Position numbers and translations under genes: made by a program. A stretch of DNA of 64,000 bases, taken from the NCBI GenBank assembly GCA_017417315.1, contig JAFPZK010000027.1, forward strand, positions 2,863-66,862, in the 5' to 3' direction. This document shows positions 36,416 to 47,400 of the stretch, one piece after another. This DNA is from Bacteroidales bacterium. GTDB taxonomy: Bacteria > Bacteroidota > Bacteroidia > Bacteroidales > UBA3824. The stretch's first letter is position 1. Every line of letters starts with the position of its first letter. The notes under the pieces are model-generated. The model saw nothing but the letters and a program-made list of their open reading frames with translations, was not told the DNA's origin and ran no database searches.

Positions 36416-37450
36416 TTATTTAACAACATATTTGAAGTCTTCTTTCTTAACACCCCTGCGTTGAAGAACCAATGTCTCTTCAAAAGAATAATTATTTCCG
36501 TCGATAGTAACGGTATAATTCAGATGAAGTCCGTCGCGGTCTTTGTTGCCCCAAGCCAATTTTTCGGAATGATCACCGTAGTTACCCGAACCGGTAGCAG
36601 TATAATCAACACCCTCAGGAGCAGAAACAGTACAATTTTGACTGTCATCAAAAGTAAGAACGAGTTGATATTTTTTTCCGCCTGCTTCCAAAGCCGTTCC
36701 GGTTTCTTTTTCAACACCGTAAATTACTTTGTTAAGTCCTACCGTCTTTGTATAAACGATAGGGTCGTCAATACAGGTTTTACCTGCTTCACGGGTTTTT
36801 GCAGTACCGTTTTCACTTGTGATTCCGCGCAAGAAAAATCCTTCGTATTTGCTGATGTATCTTACGCAGAAAAGCGTATAATCCATCGGTTTATCGTTCC
36901 AGTTATCACTAAGACGCGAAGGAGCGGCAGAATATATTTCGGTATCGTATGTACCGGCAATGATTCTGTCAGCACCCGTCTGAGATTTCATAACAACGGG
37001 GATAACATAGTTTCCGGCAACGGAGTTCGGGTCTGCAAAAAACTCGTCAGAAAACGTTACTTCAACAGAGCCGGTATAATTACCGTTATAATCAAGAGTA
37101 GAAGAACTCAAAGAATAATAACTTGCCGGCATAGCCTTAATAGGTGTAACACCGTCTTCTTTGTAAAGATTTTCGCAAAGGCTCTCGTCAACGGCAATGT
37201 CAACTTTTATGTTTTTGCCGTTGTAAGCACCGCCCATTGTTCCCGAAATTTTGCACTTGTGAGCATTGTCAAGGTCGGTATTATAAGTATCCTCTCCCAT
37301 TACCAAAACTCTCACCGGCGTTTGATACGGAAAATAAACAGATACGCCGCCTTCGTAATCATCAAATTCGATGTCGCCGTTATGGCAGGACGTGAATCCT
37401 GCCGCAACTGCCAACATTGAAACTGAAATATATTTGTACAAATTTTTCAT
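36416..37450 (-). CDS. PUL surface lipoprotein of unknown function (xusE position; DUF1735-type N-terminus, SGBP candidate)
   Basis: Lipobox GFTSCH; GVSVYFPYQTPVRVLVMGED pattern typical of DUF1735. It sits between a SusD-like gene and the GH10. Confidence 0.75.
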   Translation of the reverse strand: MKNLYKYISVSMLAVAAGFTSCHNGDIEFDDYEGGVSVYFPYQTPVRVLVMGEDTYNTDLDNAHKCKISGTMGGAYNGKNIKVDIAVDESLCENLYKEDGVTPIKAMPASYYSLSSSTLDYNGNYTGSVEVTFSDEFFADPNSVAGNYVIPVVMKSQTGADRIIAGTYDTEIYSAAPSRLSDNWNDKPMDYTLFCVRYISKYEGFFLRGITSENGTAKTREAGKTCIDDPIVYTKTVGLNKVIYGVEKETGTALEAGGKKYQLVLTFDDSQNCTVSAPEGVDYTATGSGNYGDHSEKLAWGNKDRDGLHLNYTVTIDGNNYSFEETLVLQRRGVKKEDFKYVVK

Positions 37451-37508
37451 ATTTCAAAAAATCTAATTTTTATTTTTTTAAAACTTTTAAAATTGTTAAA
37501 AAAAACTA

Positions 37509-39329
37509 CTACTGCCAAGAATCGTTTTGTACCAATTCAGAGAATTTAACTCTCTCAGAATAAGGAATCGGGCCGTAGTACTGATAATCCTTGTAATCGC
37601 GGATTTCAACATCTATAACATTGAAATTAAGCGACTTATCTGCATTTTCAGTAATATTAACACCTTTTGCAGTCTGATTAAGAACATTCAAATCAACCTT
37701 CCAACGGCGGAGATCCCAGAAACGTTTGTTCTCGAAACAAAGTTCAAGTCTGCGCTCGTTACGGATAAGTTCTCTGAAAGCCTCCTTAGAAGCAGCACAT
37801 TCGTCCAAATAAGCCACGTCAGTGATACCTGCTCTTTCGCGGATTTTCTTGATTACCTCGTATGCAGAATGTCCTCCGATAACGCCCTGAGGACCTACTG
37901 CTTCGTTAGCAGCCTCTGCAAAGTTCAAGAAAAGTTCCGTGTAACGGATTCTTGCAACAAGGTGAGAACCGGTGTTTTTAGAAGTAGGATTAAGGTTAAT
38001 ATTCGAGTTCATAAGTTTTTTCAAATAATAACCTGTACGTGTAGAACGTTTGTTCTCTTTGTTAAGAGCGTCCAAAGTAGTTCCGTCGCTTCTTGTTATA
38101 ACGGTACCGCCTGCATAACTGTCGCCGTTGCAAACGATATAGGCTTTAAGACGGTTATCTCTGCCGTCATAAGGATTTGCCGGATCATAACCCGAAGCAG
38201 CATCGGTGATAGGACGACCGTTTGCCATCGGGAAAGCGTCAACTAAGTTCTGTGTCGGGTTAATCTGACCCTTACCGTAAAGCGAGGGCGGGAAGTTGTT
38301 CTCTTCCAAAGAAGAGTTGTCCTGAACAGAACCAGTATGCCAGAATACTTCGCTATGCTCGGTAGTAGCCTTGTAAGAACCGATGTTTTCAAACCAGTTA
38401 TAACCTTTTGCATCGAGATCCCAAGACGGTTTTGCTTTTGTGATAACATTAGCAACCTCCTCAGCGGCACTCTGCCATGTAGCACCGGTGTTACCTTCTT
38501 CAAAAGCGGGAGAAGCAGCCAAGAGAATCAACTGAGATTTCAAAGCCTCAACCACTTTGCCGTTGATTTTACCGTTGTGATGCTCACCGAAAGCACGTTT
38601 GTACAAACCGAAGTTAGCGATTTTGCCGTTAGAAAGATATTTTGAAGCAACGCCGTTAACATCATTTTCGTCATTAAGAGCGCGGAAAGTATAAGGGAGA
38701 ATTTCCAATGCCCTGTTGAAATCCGCCATTATAAAATCATAACACTCTTTGAAAGAAGCACGGGTCTGATTAAGATACTCAACAGACTCAGCCTTGTCAT
38801 GAATCGGCACACCCATCAAAGTACCGTTAACTTTACCGGCATGTGCTTGAAGAAGTTTGTAATGAAACAAACCTCTTAAAGCGTAAGCCTCTGCCTTGAA
38901 ATGGTCGTTGAACATAGAGTTCAACGTTGCATCACTTGCAGACCATTTTACTTGATCGCAGTTGTCAAGAAGAAGGTTACAATATTGAATAGCATTGTAA
39001 CAGTTGTCCCAAACGGACACGGGGTTCATATCCGATTTCCAACCGCCGATAGCCATTTTGCTGTAATTTTGCGATACGTCGTTGATAACGGCATCGTCGG
39101 TAGCCATATCGCTTTCAGGATTGGTCTTGAATGCATGGTCAACGATAATGTAAGCGTTACCGATAAGTTTTTGAGCAAAATCGGGTTCGTCATACATTGC
39201 CGTAATATCCCTTTGGTTTTCGATTGCGGGTTCAAACATATCGTCGCAAGATGTAGTAGACATTGCGCAAAAAGCCAAAGCCGCAACCGCCGTTAAATAT
39301 AATCTTTTCATCTTTAATTCTTTTAACAT
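37509..39329 (-). CDS. SusD/RagB-family lipoprotein (second pair; xusD position)
   Basis: Lipobox STTSCDD; TPR-like helical N-terminal half; ends ..VQNDSWQ; directly follows a SusC-like gene. The alternative start MKRLY is at 39311. Confidence 0.9.
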   Translation of the reverse strand: MLKELKMKRLYLTAVAALAFCAMSTTSCDDMFEPAIENQRDITAMYDEPDFAQKLIGNAYIIVDHAFKTNPESDMATDDAVINDVSQNYSKMAIGGWKSDMNPVSVWDNCYNAIQYCNLLLDNCDQVKWSASDATLNSMFNDHFKAEAYALRGLFHYKLLQAHAGKVNGTLMGVPIHDKAESVEYLNQTRASFKECYDFIMADFNRALEILPYTFRALNDENDVNGVASKYLSNGKIANFGLYKRAFGEHHNGKINGKVVEALKSQLILLAASPAFEEGNTGATWQSAAEEVANVITKAKPSWDLDAKGYNWFENIGSYKATTEHSEVFWHTGSVQDNSSLEENNFPPSLYGKGQINPTQNLVDAFPMANGRPITDAASGYDPANPYDGRDNRLKAYIVCNGDSYAGGTVITRSDGTTLDALNKENKRSTRTGYYLKKLMNSNINLNPTSKNTGSHLVARIRYTELFLNFAEAANEAVGPQGVIGGHSAYEVIKKIRERAGITDVAYLDECAASKEAFRELIRNERRLELCFENKRFWDLRRWKVDLNVLNQTAKGVNITENADKSLNFNVIDVEIRDYKDYQYYGPIPYSERVKFSELVQNDSWQ

Positions 39330-39334
39330 GTTAA

Positions 39335-42300
39335 TTAGAATGTTACTTTTACACCCAAATTATAAAATCTCGTACTCGGAGCATAACCGATAGAAGTTTC
39401 CAAATATTCACGCTCTTTTGAAACGGTCAAAAGGTTAGAACCGCTTACGTAAACCGAAGCACCGGAGAATATGCGGTTGTTAGCAAACAAACTTTCCGGC
39501 AAATCGTAAGTAAGTTGAACTCTCTGCAAAGAGAATACGGAAGTCTTTCTGAACCAGAAATCCGAAGCCTGAGTATTGTTGCTGCCGTCACCGGTAGTAA
39601 GTCTCGGAAGTCTTGCATTCGGGTTTTCAGGAGTCCAAGTATCACGAGCGTTAGCAGAATATTTGTCGTCGCCTCTCGGATAATAATACGAAGAGTTAAC
39701 AACTGAATAAGCACCTGCGTCAGCATAACCCAAAACAACGAGAGTGAAATTTTTGTAATTAGCACTCAAATTGAAACCGATTGAATAAGGTGCGCCGTAC
39801 CAGCCGTAAACCTTACCTAAATCAACTTGATCTTTTGAGTCGATGACATTGTCGCCGTTCTGGTCTTTGTATTTCAAATCACCCGGTTTGATAGTACCGA
39901 AACCAGCCTGAGAAGGAGAATTGTTGATTTCGTCCTGACTCTGGAACATACCTAAACATTCATAACCCCAAATTGCATCCAATTTAGTACCTTCACGGTA
40001 TTGATATGAGTTTTCGTACTGAGAATCATCACGTTTTTTAGCCTTTGTGGTGTAGTAAGTAAAGTTAACACCGCCTTGGAAGTTAACGTCGCCGAAAGTG
40101 TTTTTGTAGTTAACGGCGAGGTCAAAACCTTGTCTGAGGTCTTCGTTGAAGTTGATGTTAGGAATAAACTTCGTATCGGGATAACCGTAAGAGAAGTAAG
40201 ACGGATACTGCGAAGCCGGAGTATAAATCAAACCTGACATTACATTTGTGAACGCAGAGAAATCAAGCATAAGTTTATCTTCCATCATACCCATACGGAG
40301 ATTAGCAGAAAGTTCTTTTCTTTCAACGAAACCTAAATCGGGGTTGTCGCCGCGTTTAGACTGCATAGCAGCCATACCGTGGTCTCCCCAAGAGAACCAA
40401 CCGCCGGTCTGATATGCACCTTCGTACATATAGTAGTCGGAGATGTCGATGTCCTCTTTCAAGTCGCTTGCGCTTACGCTCAACATAAGGCTCGAAATAA
40501 ATCCTTTGTTGAAGAAATCCTCGTTAGAGATATTCCAACCCAAAGAAACCGAGGGAGAAAATCCTGCACGTGAGTTTTCAGGAAGTTTTGCAGAATAAGG
40601 CGTAGAAGCGGTAAACTGTGCAAAATAACGTTTTGCAAAGTCGTAACGCAAATCCAAACCTAAGTTAGCATTACTTGTAGAGTGATACTTACCTGAATTA
40701 ACTTTCTGCCAGCCGTTAGCCAAAAGCATTCCGCCGAAAGAGTGCAAGCCGAAAGTTCTGTTATAATCGAAATAAGCATAAACCGAAGTAGTACGGTTGT
40801 TATAGTTAGCACTTACGTTTTGTACACCTGACTTTTTGTCGATGTTTTCCTTAACCAAGTCAACGATTTCGTCTTTACCGTTTACGTTAGACCAAGTCGG
40901 GGTGAATACCGCATATTGGTTGATGAACGAAGTGTTGTAAGAGGTTTCGTAATCCATTGCCGCTACGGTATGGAACTTCAAACCTTCAACAAGTTTAGAG
41001 AGGTCGAAATCGAATCTGAAATCGAACTGGAATACACGGATAGTGTTTTTAGTTTTACCGGCACAATACATATCGGCAAAAATATTTGTTTTATCAAGAG
41101 AAGTACCTGACAAAAACTGTCCGTCAACGATATTATCGGTTTTTTCGATAAGTTGTAAAGCCTCGGTAGCACCGCTGCTGATATAACTTGTCGGGATAAA
41201 AGGAGCGATACGGTTAGGACGCAAAGTATTGGCTTGACTCCAAAAACTACTTCCGTTAGCCACATAACCTTTGTTATTATACATCGTGATGTTAGCATCA
41301 ACACCTGCCGAAATATAATCGTTGAAGTCCATATCAACGTTACCTCTTACTGACAAGCGGTCAACTCTTGAATTTTTAGCCTCACCGAAATTAAGGTTTG
41401 TGTTGTTACCGTAATAACTGATGTTAGAATAGTAACGTGCAAATTCGCTACCGCCGTTGATTTCAGCCGTTACGTCAGAACGGTTAGAGGTTTTCTTCAA
41501 GTATTCCGAAGAATAGAAGTTAATGTCCGGATAACGGTAAGGATTAGTTCCTGCTGCCGTATAATAGATTTCCTCATCAGAGTAGAGCGGGTCAAGACCG
41601 TCGTTTTTTCTTGCCTGATTGTAGTACTGCATATATTCGGCAGCACCCATATATTCAGGATAGCATTTGTCAACGTACCAACCTGTGTTGGCTTTTACGG
41701 TAATCTGCAAAGGCTGAACCTCGCCTCTTTTTGTCGTAACGAGGATTGCGCCTTTTGCGCCTCGGCTACCATAAAGGTTAACAGCCTGAGCACCTTTCAA
41801 GAAAGTGATGCTCTCGATTTCGTGAGGCATAACGTTATCAAGGTCTCTCGGCACACCGTCAACGAGTGTCAAAATATTCTCAGAAATACCCCACATAGAA
41901 CTACCGTTATAACCGCTTACGTAAGTGTAAAGACGATCCATAGTGTAAGTGAAGTAGTTGTTGTCGATAACTTTTGCAATATCAACAGAGGATACTCCGC
42001 CTAAAAGTTCGCCTTTATCAGCCTCACGGAAGGCTACGTTAACGGTAGTCTCGCTTTTATCTATTTTCAAAACAACCGTCGGAATGTTTGAAGCACCTTG
42101 TGTTTCAACGGTTTCGGTTTTGTATTTTGCAAGAGAAAAAAGCAACGTTGCATTTTCTCCTACTTGAAAAGTAAAGTTACCGTCGGCATCAGTAAGCGTT
42201 GAATTAGTAGTGCCTTTTTCCACTACCGATACGCCTGCCAAAGGATTGCCCTGTTCGTCCGTTACTTTACCCATAACGGTGATATTGTCTTGGACTGACT

Positions 42301-42409
42301 GCGAGATTTCCGTATCGGGTTTAACGGAAACATTTACGTTTTCCGCACCGGCAACGGCAGGAATTGCAGCCAAAGAACAAGCAACCAGTATATTTTTAAT
42401 TTTTTCCAT
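39335..42409 (-). CDS. SusC/RagA-family TonB-linked outer-membrane transporter (second pair; xusC position)
   Basis: 1024 aa; CarboxypepD_reg-like VMGKVTDEQGNPLAGVSVV; plug (ITFLKGAQAVNLYGSRGAKGAILVTTKRG); C-terminal ..YNLGVKVTF. Confidence 0.93.
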   Translation of the reverse strand: MEKIKNILVACSLAAIPAVAGAENVNVSVKPDTEISQSVQDNITVMGKVTDEQGNPLAGVSVVEKGTTNSTLTDADGNFTFQVGENATLLFSLAKYKTETVETQGASNIPTVVLKIDKSETTVNVAFREADKGELLGGVSSVDIAKVIDNNYFTYTMDRLYTYVSGYNGSSMWGISENILTLVDGVPRDLDNVMPHEIESITFLKGAQAVNLYGSRGAKGAILVTTKRGEVQPLQITVKANTGWYVDKCYPEYMGAAEYMQYYNQARKNDGLDPLYSDEEIYYTAAGTNPYRYPDINFYSSEYLKKTSNRSDVTAEINGGSEFARYYSNISYYGNNTNLNFGEAKNSRVDRLSVRGNVDMDFNDYISAGVDANITMYNNKGYVANGSSFWSQANTLRPNRIAPFIPTSYISSGATEALQLIEKTDNIVDGQFLSGTSLDKTNIFADMYCAGKTKNTIRVFQFDFRFDFDLSKLVEGLKFHTVAAMDYETSYNTSFINQYAVFTPTWSNVNGKDEIVDLVKENIDKKSGVQNVSANYNNRTTSVYAYFDYNRTFGLHSFGGMLLANGWQKVNSGKYHSTSNANLGLDLRYDFAKRYFAQFTASTPYSAKLPENSRAGFSPSVSLGWNISNEDFFNKGFISSLMLSVSASDLKEDIDISDYYMYEGAYQTGGWFSWGDHGMAAMQSKRGDNPDLGFVERKELSANLRMGMMEDKLMLDFSAFTNVMSGLIYTPASQYPSYFSYGYPDTKFIPNINFNEDLRQGFDLAVNYKNTFGDVNFQGGVNFTYYTTKAKKRDDSQYENSYQYREGTKLDAIWGYECLGMFQSQDEINNSPSQAGFGTIKPGDLKYKDQNGDNVIDSKDQVDLGKVYGWYGAPYSIGFNLSANYKNFTLVVLGYADAGAYSVVNSSYYYPRGDDKYSANARDTWTPENPNARLPRLTTGDGSNNTQASDFWFRKTSVFSLQRVQLTYDLPESLFANNRIFSGASVYVSGSNLLTVSKEREYLETSIGYAPSTRFYNLGVKVTF

Positions 42410-42466
42410 TTGATATTCTTAATTTAAAACAATTACCAATTTTAAAATTGTTAATTTTTATTTATC

Positions 42467-44461
42467 CTACCAGCCCGGATTCTGCGGGAAATCGCCGTAA
42501 AGATAAACCTCCGAATCCTTGAACGGGAACCAATAGTGTTTTGTACCCAAGTTTCTTTCTTTAAGTACTCTGTCAGTATTGTAACCCGAAACCTCAGCCT
42601 CAGCGGGATTAGCCTGAACGTCTGCATCAGAGGATACACGTTTGAAATCTGCTGCCTTTTTCAAGGTGTAAGGTTTTTCGGTCAAGAGCAACCATCTTTG
42701 AAGGTCGTTGAAACGGAAACCTTCAAACGCCAATTCGCAGGCTCTTTCATGACGGACATAATTCATAAATGCCTCGCCGCTGAGATATTCACCCGGAATG
42801 TCGGCAACGCCGGCTCTTGCATGCAAACGGTTGATAGCATCGGCAGCAGTCAAAGAGCAAGTGCTTGCAGTATAAGTACTGCTTGAACAGCCCGAAGCCG
42901 CTGAACCTGCCTCAGCATACATCAAATAAACGTCAGCAACCCTCAAATAAGGCAAGTAACAAGAAAATGCTTTACCGTAACCGCCCCAGTCGTCAACGCT
43001 GTTGTACTGGTGAGGAACAAGTTTCTGCTCAAAATAACCTGTTTTGCTGCCCTGTGCCTCGTCTCTCATAAGACCGCCGGTATAAAGCGTACAATATACT
43101 AAGTCTTTGAACTCACCGTCGTTACCCGACTGAATGTATTTTTCACCGTCGAAAACGATGTCATGGTAGAAACGGTTGTCCCTGTCTTTGAACGGGTGAG
43201 AAGGATCGAAGTGTTCGGTATAATTACCTTTTTCGTCCATAATCAAATAACCGTCTTTTGTACCGTAAGCGTAGTCTACGTAGTTAGCGGTGGGCATACG
43301 GATTTCGCCTCCGTAGCAAAGACTACCTTTTTGAGGTCCCCAAACCGTGGCAAAACCCCAACGTGCGTCATTGATACCGTAAGCGGAACCCCTCAACATA
43401 GCCTCCTTAGTACCGGGTTGTCTCCAACCGTCAGAAACGGTATAGAAAATATCACTAAAATTAGTCGTAGAACCTTCTGCTTTTGTGTGGTTGAAAAGGT
43501 CGTTAGGTTTGTTTTCCGTAGGATCGGAAGCATCACCGTAAAGATACTGAACCAATTCGTAAGGTGTCTGACCGCTTTCAATCAAAGAAATAGTCTGACC
43601 CAAAACCTCAACAGCCTGTTTTGCAAGTTCGGTGTTATACTTGAAAGTGTTAGCACCGCCTGTCTGTGCGCCGTTTTCAGCCAAAGGAGAAGCAGCCCAA
43701 AGAAGCATTTTGCCCTGATAAGCCAATGCCGTAGCCTTGGTTATACGGAGTTCGTTTTTGCCTTTTGTAGCAGCACCCGCACCTGACTTATCCCAGTCGT
43801 TAGGAAGATATTTAGCAGCCTCACCGAAATCCTCGGCAGCGCGTTTTGCACATTCCTGAAATGTAGGACGCGGAAGAGTGAGTTTTTCACTACCGCTAAG
43901 TACTTTGTCGATATAAGGAATACCGCCTAAGTAAATGATTAACTCTTCATGCCACCATGCACGGAAAAACAAAAGTTCACCTTTGATAGCATCTTTTTGA
44001 TCTTGATTAGCCTCAGTTAAGGTTTCAAGATTTTCAAGACCGAGGTTACATTTTCTGATACAATAAAAAGCATCGTTCCAAATGTGGTGAGCAAAACGGT
44101 CGGTTTCAGGGTGATTGGTACTATTTCCGTAAAGATAACTCAAATTACCGCCCCAGCACTGAAAATATGCACGGAAGTTACCTTCGTCCATAGTAGGCAT
44201 TACGTGATAGTTAGAAGAAGCGTTTGCTATCTCGTCTTCACCCCAGTTGAAAGTAGTATTCCAGTACATAGTCTCTTTGTGCGGAATACAGTTGTAAATC
44301 TCCTCAACAAATCCCTGGAAGTTGTTGAAGTTTTTGAAAGCCTCCTCTGCCGAAACGTCCGAGTCGGGCGTTTTGTCGAGATAATCGGTACAACTGCTTG
44401 TTGCCGTAAGAGCAACTGCCAATGAACCGAAGGCTAATATATTTTTTAATTTAATGTTCAT
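42467..44461 (-). CDS. SusD/RagB-family lipoprotein (first pair; xusB position)
   Basis: Lipobox TATSSCTDY; SusD-like helical core; ends ..FPQNPGW. Confidence 0.9.
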   Translation of the reverse strand: MNIKLKNILAFGSLAVALTATSSCTDYLDKTPDSDVSAEEAFKNFNNFQGFVEEIYNCIPHKETMYWNTTFNWGEDEIANASSNYHVMPTMDEGNFRAYFQCWGGNLSYLYGNSTNHPETDRFAHHIWNDAFYCIRKCNLGLENLETLTEANQDQKDAIKGELLFFRAWWHEELIIYLGGIPYIDKVLSGSEKLTLPRPTFQECAKRAAEDFGEAAKYLPNDWDKSGAGAATKGKNELRITKATALAYQGKMLLWAASPLAENGAQTGGANTFKYNTELAKQAVEVLGQTISLIESGQTPYELVQYLYGDASDPTENKPNDLFNHTKAEGSTTNFSDIFYTVSDGWRQPGTKEAMLRGSAYGINDARWGFATVWGPQKGSLCYGGEIRMPTANYVDYAYGTKDGYLIMDEKGNYTEHFDPSHPFKDRDNRFYHDIVFDGEKYIQSGNDGEFKDLVYCTLYTGGLMRDEAQGSKTGYFEQKLVPHQYNSVDDWGGYGKAFSCYLPYLRVADVYLMYAEAGSAASGCSSSTYTASTCSLTAADAINRLHARAGVADIPGEYLSGEAFMNYVRHERACELAFEGFRFNDLQRWLLLTEKPYTLKKAADFKRVSSDADVQANPAEAEVSGYNTDRVLKERNLGTKHYWFPFKDSEVYLYGDFPQNPGW

Positions 44462-44482
44462 ATTCTTACGTTTTCAATAATT

Positions 44483-47400
44483 TTACAATGAGAATTTAAG
44501 ACCGACCGTAAAACGTTTAACCGTAGGATACTGACCCGTAGAACCGCCGCCGGTGAGGTTAGATTCGCGGTCGTCAGGCATCTTGGTGTACACCCAAAGG
44601 TTGTTGCCGCTCACATAAATTTTTACGTCTTTGAACTGATAACGTCCCAAGGTAAGTTTGGGGAATGTGTATGCGAGTTCAAGGTTTTTAAGACGAAGGT
44701 ATGAACCGTCATAAAGATATTGTGTTCCGGTGTAACCTGCCGATTGAGACAAATATCTCGGAGTAAGAACCTCAGCTCCGTCATGGTCGTTAGCCCACCA
44801 TGTACCGATGTCATAAACGTTATCCATTTGGTTGTTACCGAAACATCCGAGGGGAACATCACGGGTTACGTTGTTAACACCGTAGAACTGAGCAAACAAT
44901 GACCAACCTTTGTATCCTACACCGAGAGTAGCGTTGTAAGAGTTTTGGGGAGTACCCGAATAGTAGATAGGTGCAGAGTCATCAGAGTTGATAATACCGT
45001 CACCGTTAAAGTCTACGATATAATAATCACCCGGAAGTTTGTTAGCGTCCTGAGTATCAAATTTCGGAGAAGCGTAAATATCATCGTATGTCTGCATAAA
45101 ACCGCCGTCAAGATGAGCACGTGTCTGACCGATTGCGAAACCTGCCTGTTTACGGTAAGAAGGATACAACTCGGGGTCGTCCTTAACTTCGATTTCGTTT
45201 TCAGCATGAGTCATATTAAGGTTAGCCCAAACGTTGAGACCTTTTACAGCCTTAATATCCTTGTTGAATTTGAGTTCGATTTCGTAACCTTTGGTTTTCA
45301 CTTTACCGAGGTTAGCAGTCGGAGCATCTTGTCCGTAGTATGCCGGAACTGCTCTGTCATTACCGCCGACAAGAATATCCGTTCTGTGGTCGCGGAAAAC
45401 TTCAACAGAACCTCTGAACATATCGTTCAAGAAACCGTAGTCGAGACCGACATTGAATTTTCTTACAACTTCCCAATGAACGTCAGGGTTGCCGACCGTA
45501 TTTTCACGATAGTATTGATACGGGCTGCGGTCGTTGTCGCCGCCGTGGGGTTTTTCGTTCATAAATGCGGAGTTATGATTGTTTACACCGCCGATTGCCC
45601 ATGTCGTAGCATAAAGCCAACGTTTAGAAACGTTGTCATCACCGATTTCACCGTAAGAAGCACGGAGTTTCAAGTTGTTGATGATACCGCTTTCACGAAG
45701 GTTGTCCATAAAATGCTCTTGCGAAATTGTCCAACCGATAGCACCTGAATTGAAGAATGCGAAACGGTTTTCTTCGGTAAATTTCTCAGAACCGTTGTAA
45801 GCACCGTTATACTCTACGAAGTAACGTCCTGCCCAGTTGTAAGTTACACGGAATGCCCAGTTTTCACGGCGTGCGGGAATATCAGAACCTGAGGTGTTTT
45901 CCTGACGCTCAAACAAGCCCATGACGGTAAAATTGTGTTTTCCGATGGTTTTGTCGTAGTTAAGACGGAACTGATAGTTGAAACGGCGGAAAGTTGACCA
46001 ACTGTTAAGTTGTCCGTCACCGATTGACCATTTAACAGGGTCGGTATAATCGAACTCGTTATCTTTTTCTTTGTTGTCGGTCGGGTCGTAATAAACTGTA
46101 CCGGTGTAGGGGTCAATCCATTTGTAACGCGGATTGTTGTAAAGGTCGTTGATACCGCGACCCGTTTCCTCGAATCTGTTATCCCAAGAAACCATACCCG
46201 TGAAAGAAAGACCTTCGGTAATGAATTTCAAATCCTGCTCCAAGATAACGTCGGTTGCGATGTTAGTAGTGGTTTTTCTCTGATTACCACCCAATGCAAC
46301 GTTAGAAGCAGAGTTTGTAGCATTAGAGTAGTTAGGACACGTACCTAAACCGGCAGCACCCCAAGAACCGTCTTCATAAAGCGGAACAAACACGTTAGGA
46401 GCAATGTTATAAGCACCTGCCCATTGCTGAGCCAACTGCCACTCACCCATTGAAGAATAACCTTGGTTAGACCACGGTGTACGTTGAAGAGCAGCACTAC
46501 CTGCGAGGTTAGTTTTCAAAACGGTATACTTGGTGATGTTGAAGTCGAGGTTGCTACGAACGTTGATACGGTTGTAGTTATAACCTGACTGATAACCACG
46601 GGTGTTACCGAAGTCTTGGAAAAGGTCGCCTTCGTGAGCGTAGTCCATAGAAGAGAAGTAACGAACTACTTTGCTACCGCCGGAAACCGAAACGTTAGCG
46701 TTTTGAGCCGTTGCATAATTTTTGAAAAGGTAATCCTGCCAATCGATGTTAGGATAACGTTCTGTAATAAGGTTACCGAACTCGTCTCTTGCATTAGGAT
46801 CCTGATCTTTGTAATTATCAATGAATGCCTGAGAGTTTACTCTCTCCCAAGAACCCGGATTGATATTCAACTCGTTTTCGATAGCGACGTTTCTTGCCAT
46901 AAGAGCATCGTAAGAGTCAAGTTTACCGGGAAGTTTGCTGACAACTTTCAAAGTAGTAGAACCCGAAACGTTGATTTGAGCGCGACCTTCTTTACCACGT
47001 TTTGTAGTAATGATGACAACGCCGTTAGCACCTTTGACACCGTAGATAGCGGTTGCGGAAGCATCTTTAAGAACCGAAATGCTTTCAACCGAACTTACGT
47101 CAACGCTTGACATCGGACGTTCGATACCGTCAACAAGTACGAGCGGGTCAGAACCGTTCCAAGAACTTGAACCACGGATAATCATCGAAGGATTTTCGCT
47201 ACCCGGCATACCGGTTGACTGAATAGTTACAAGACCGGGAAGGTTACCCGTAAGAGCCGTACCGAGGTCGCTGACACCTGAGGTACGTTGAAGCACTTCG
47301 CCGGTAGCCTGCGTAATAGCACCTACGACCGAGGCTTTCTTTTGTTGACCGTAACCGACAACGACAACCTCTTCAATTTCTTCGGTGTTTTCCTGCATGG

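Noticed and set aside
36461-37420. 319-aa ORF on the + strand, nearly as long as the gene opposite.
   Set aside because: It is exactly antisense to the lipoprotein gene 36416-37450, which has a lipobox and recognisable PUL-protein motifs. The + strand product is low-complexity (Ile/Val/Arg/Phe-rich) with no motifs. It is a stop-free antisense frame produced by codon bias.
42451-42639. 62-aa minus-strand ORF at the 3' end of the first SusD gene.
   Set aside because: It is an out-of-frame overlap with the SusD-like CDS 42467-44461, with no independent signals.
44945-45748. 267-aa + strand ORF. Similar long antisense ORFs lie at 26673-27398, 37527-38246, 11511-12170 and 43163-43786.
   Set aside because: All lie antisense within well-supported SusC, SusD, GH5 and pepC genes and have nonsense-like composition. 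They are treated as artefacts of codon usage.
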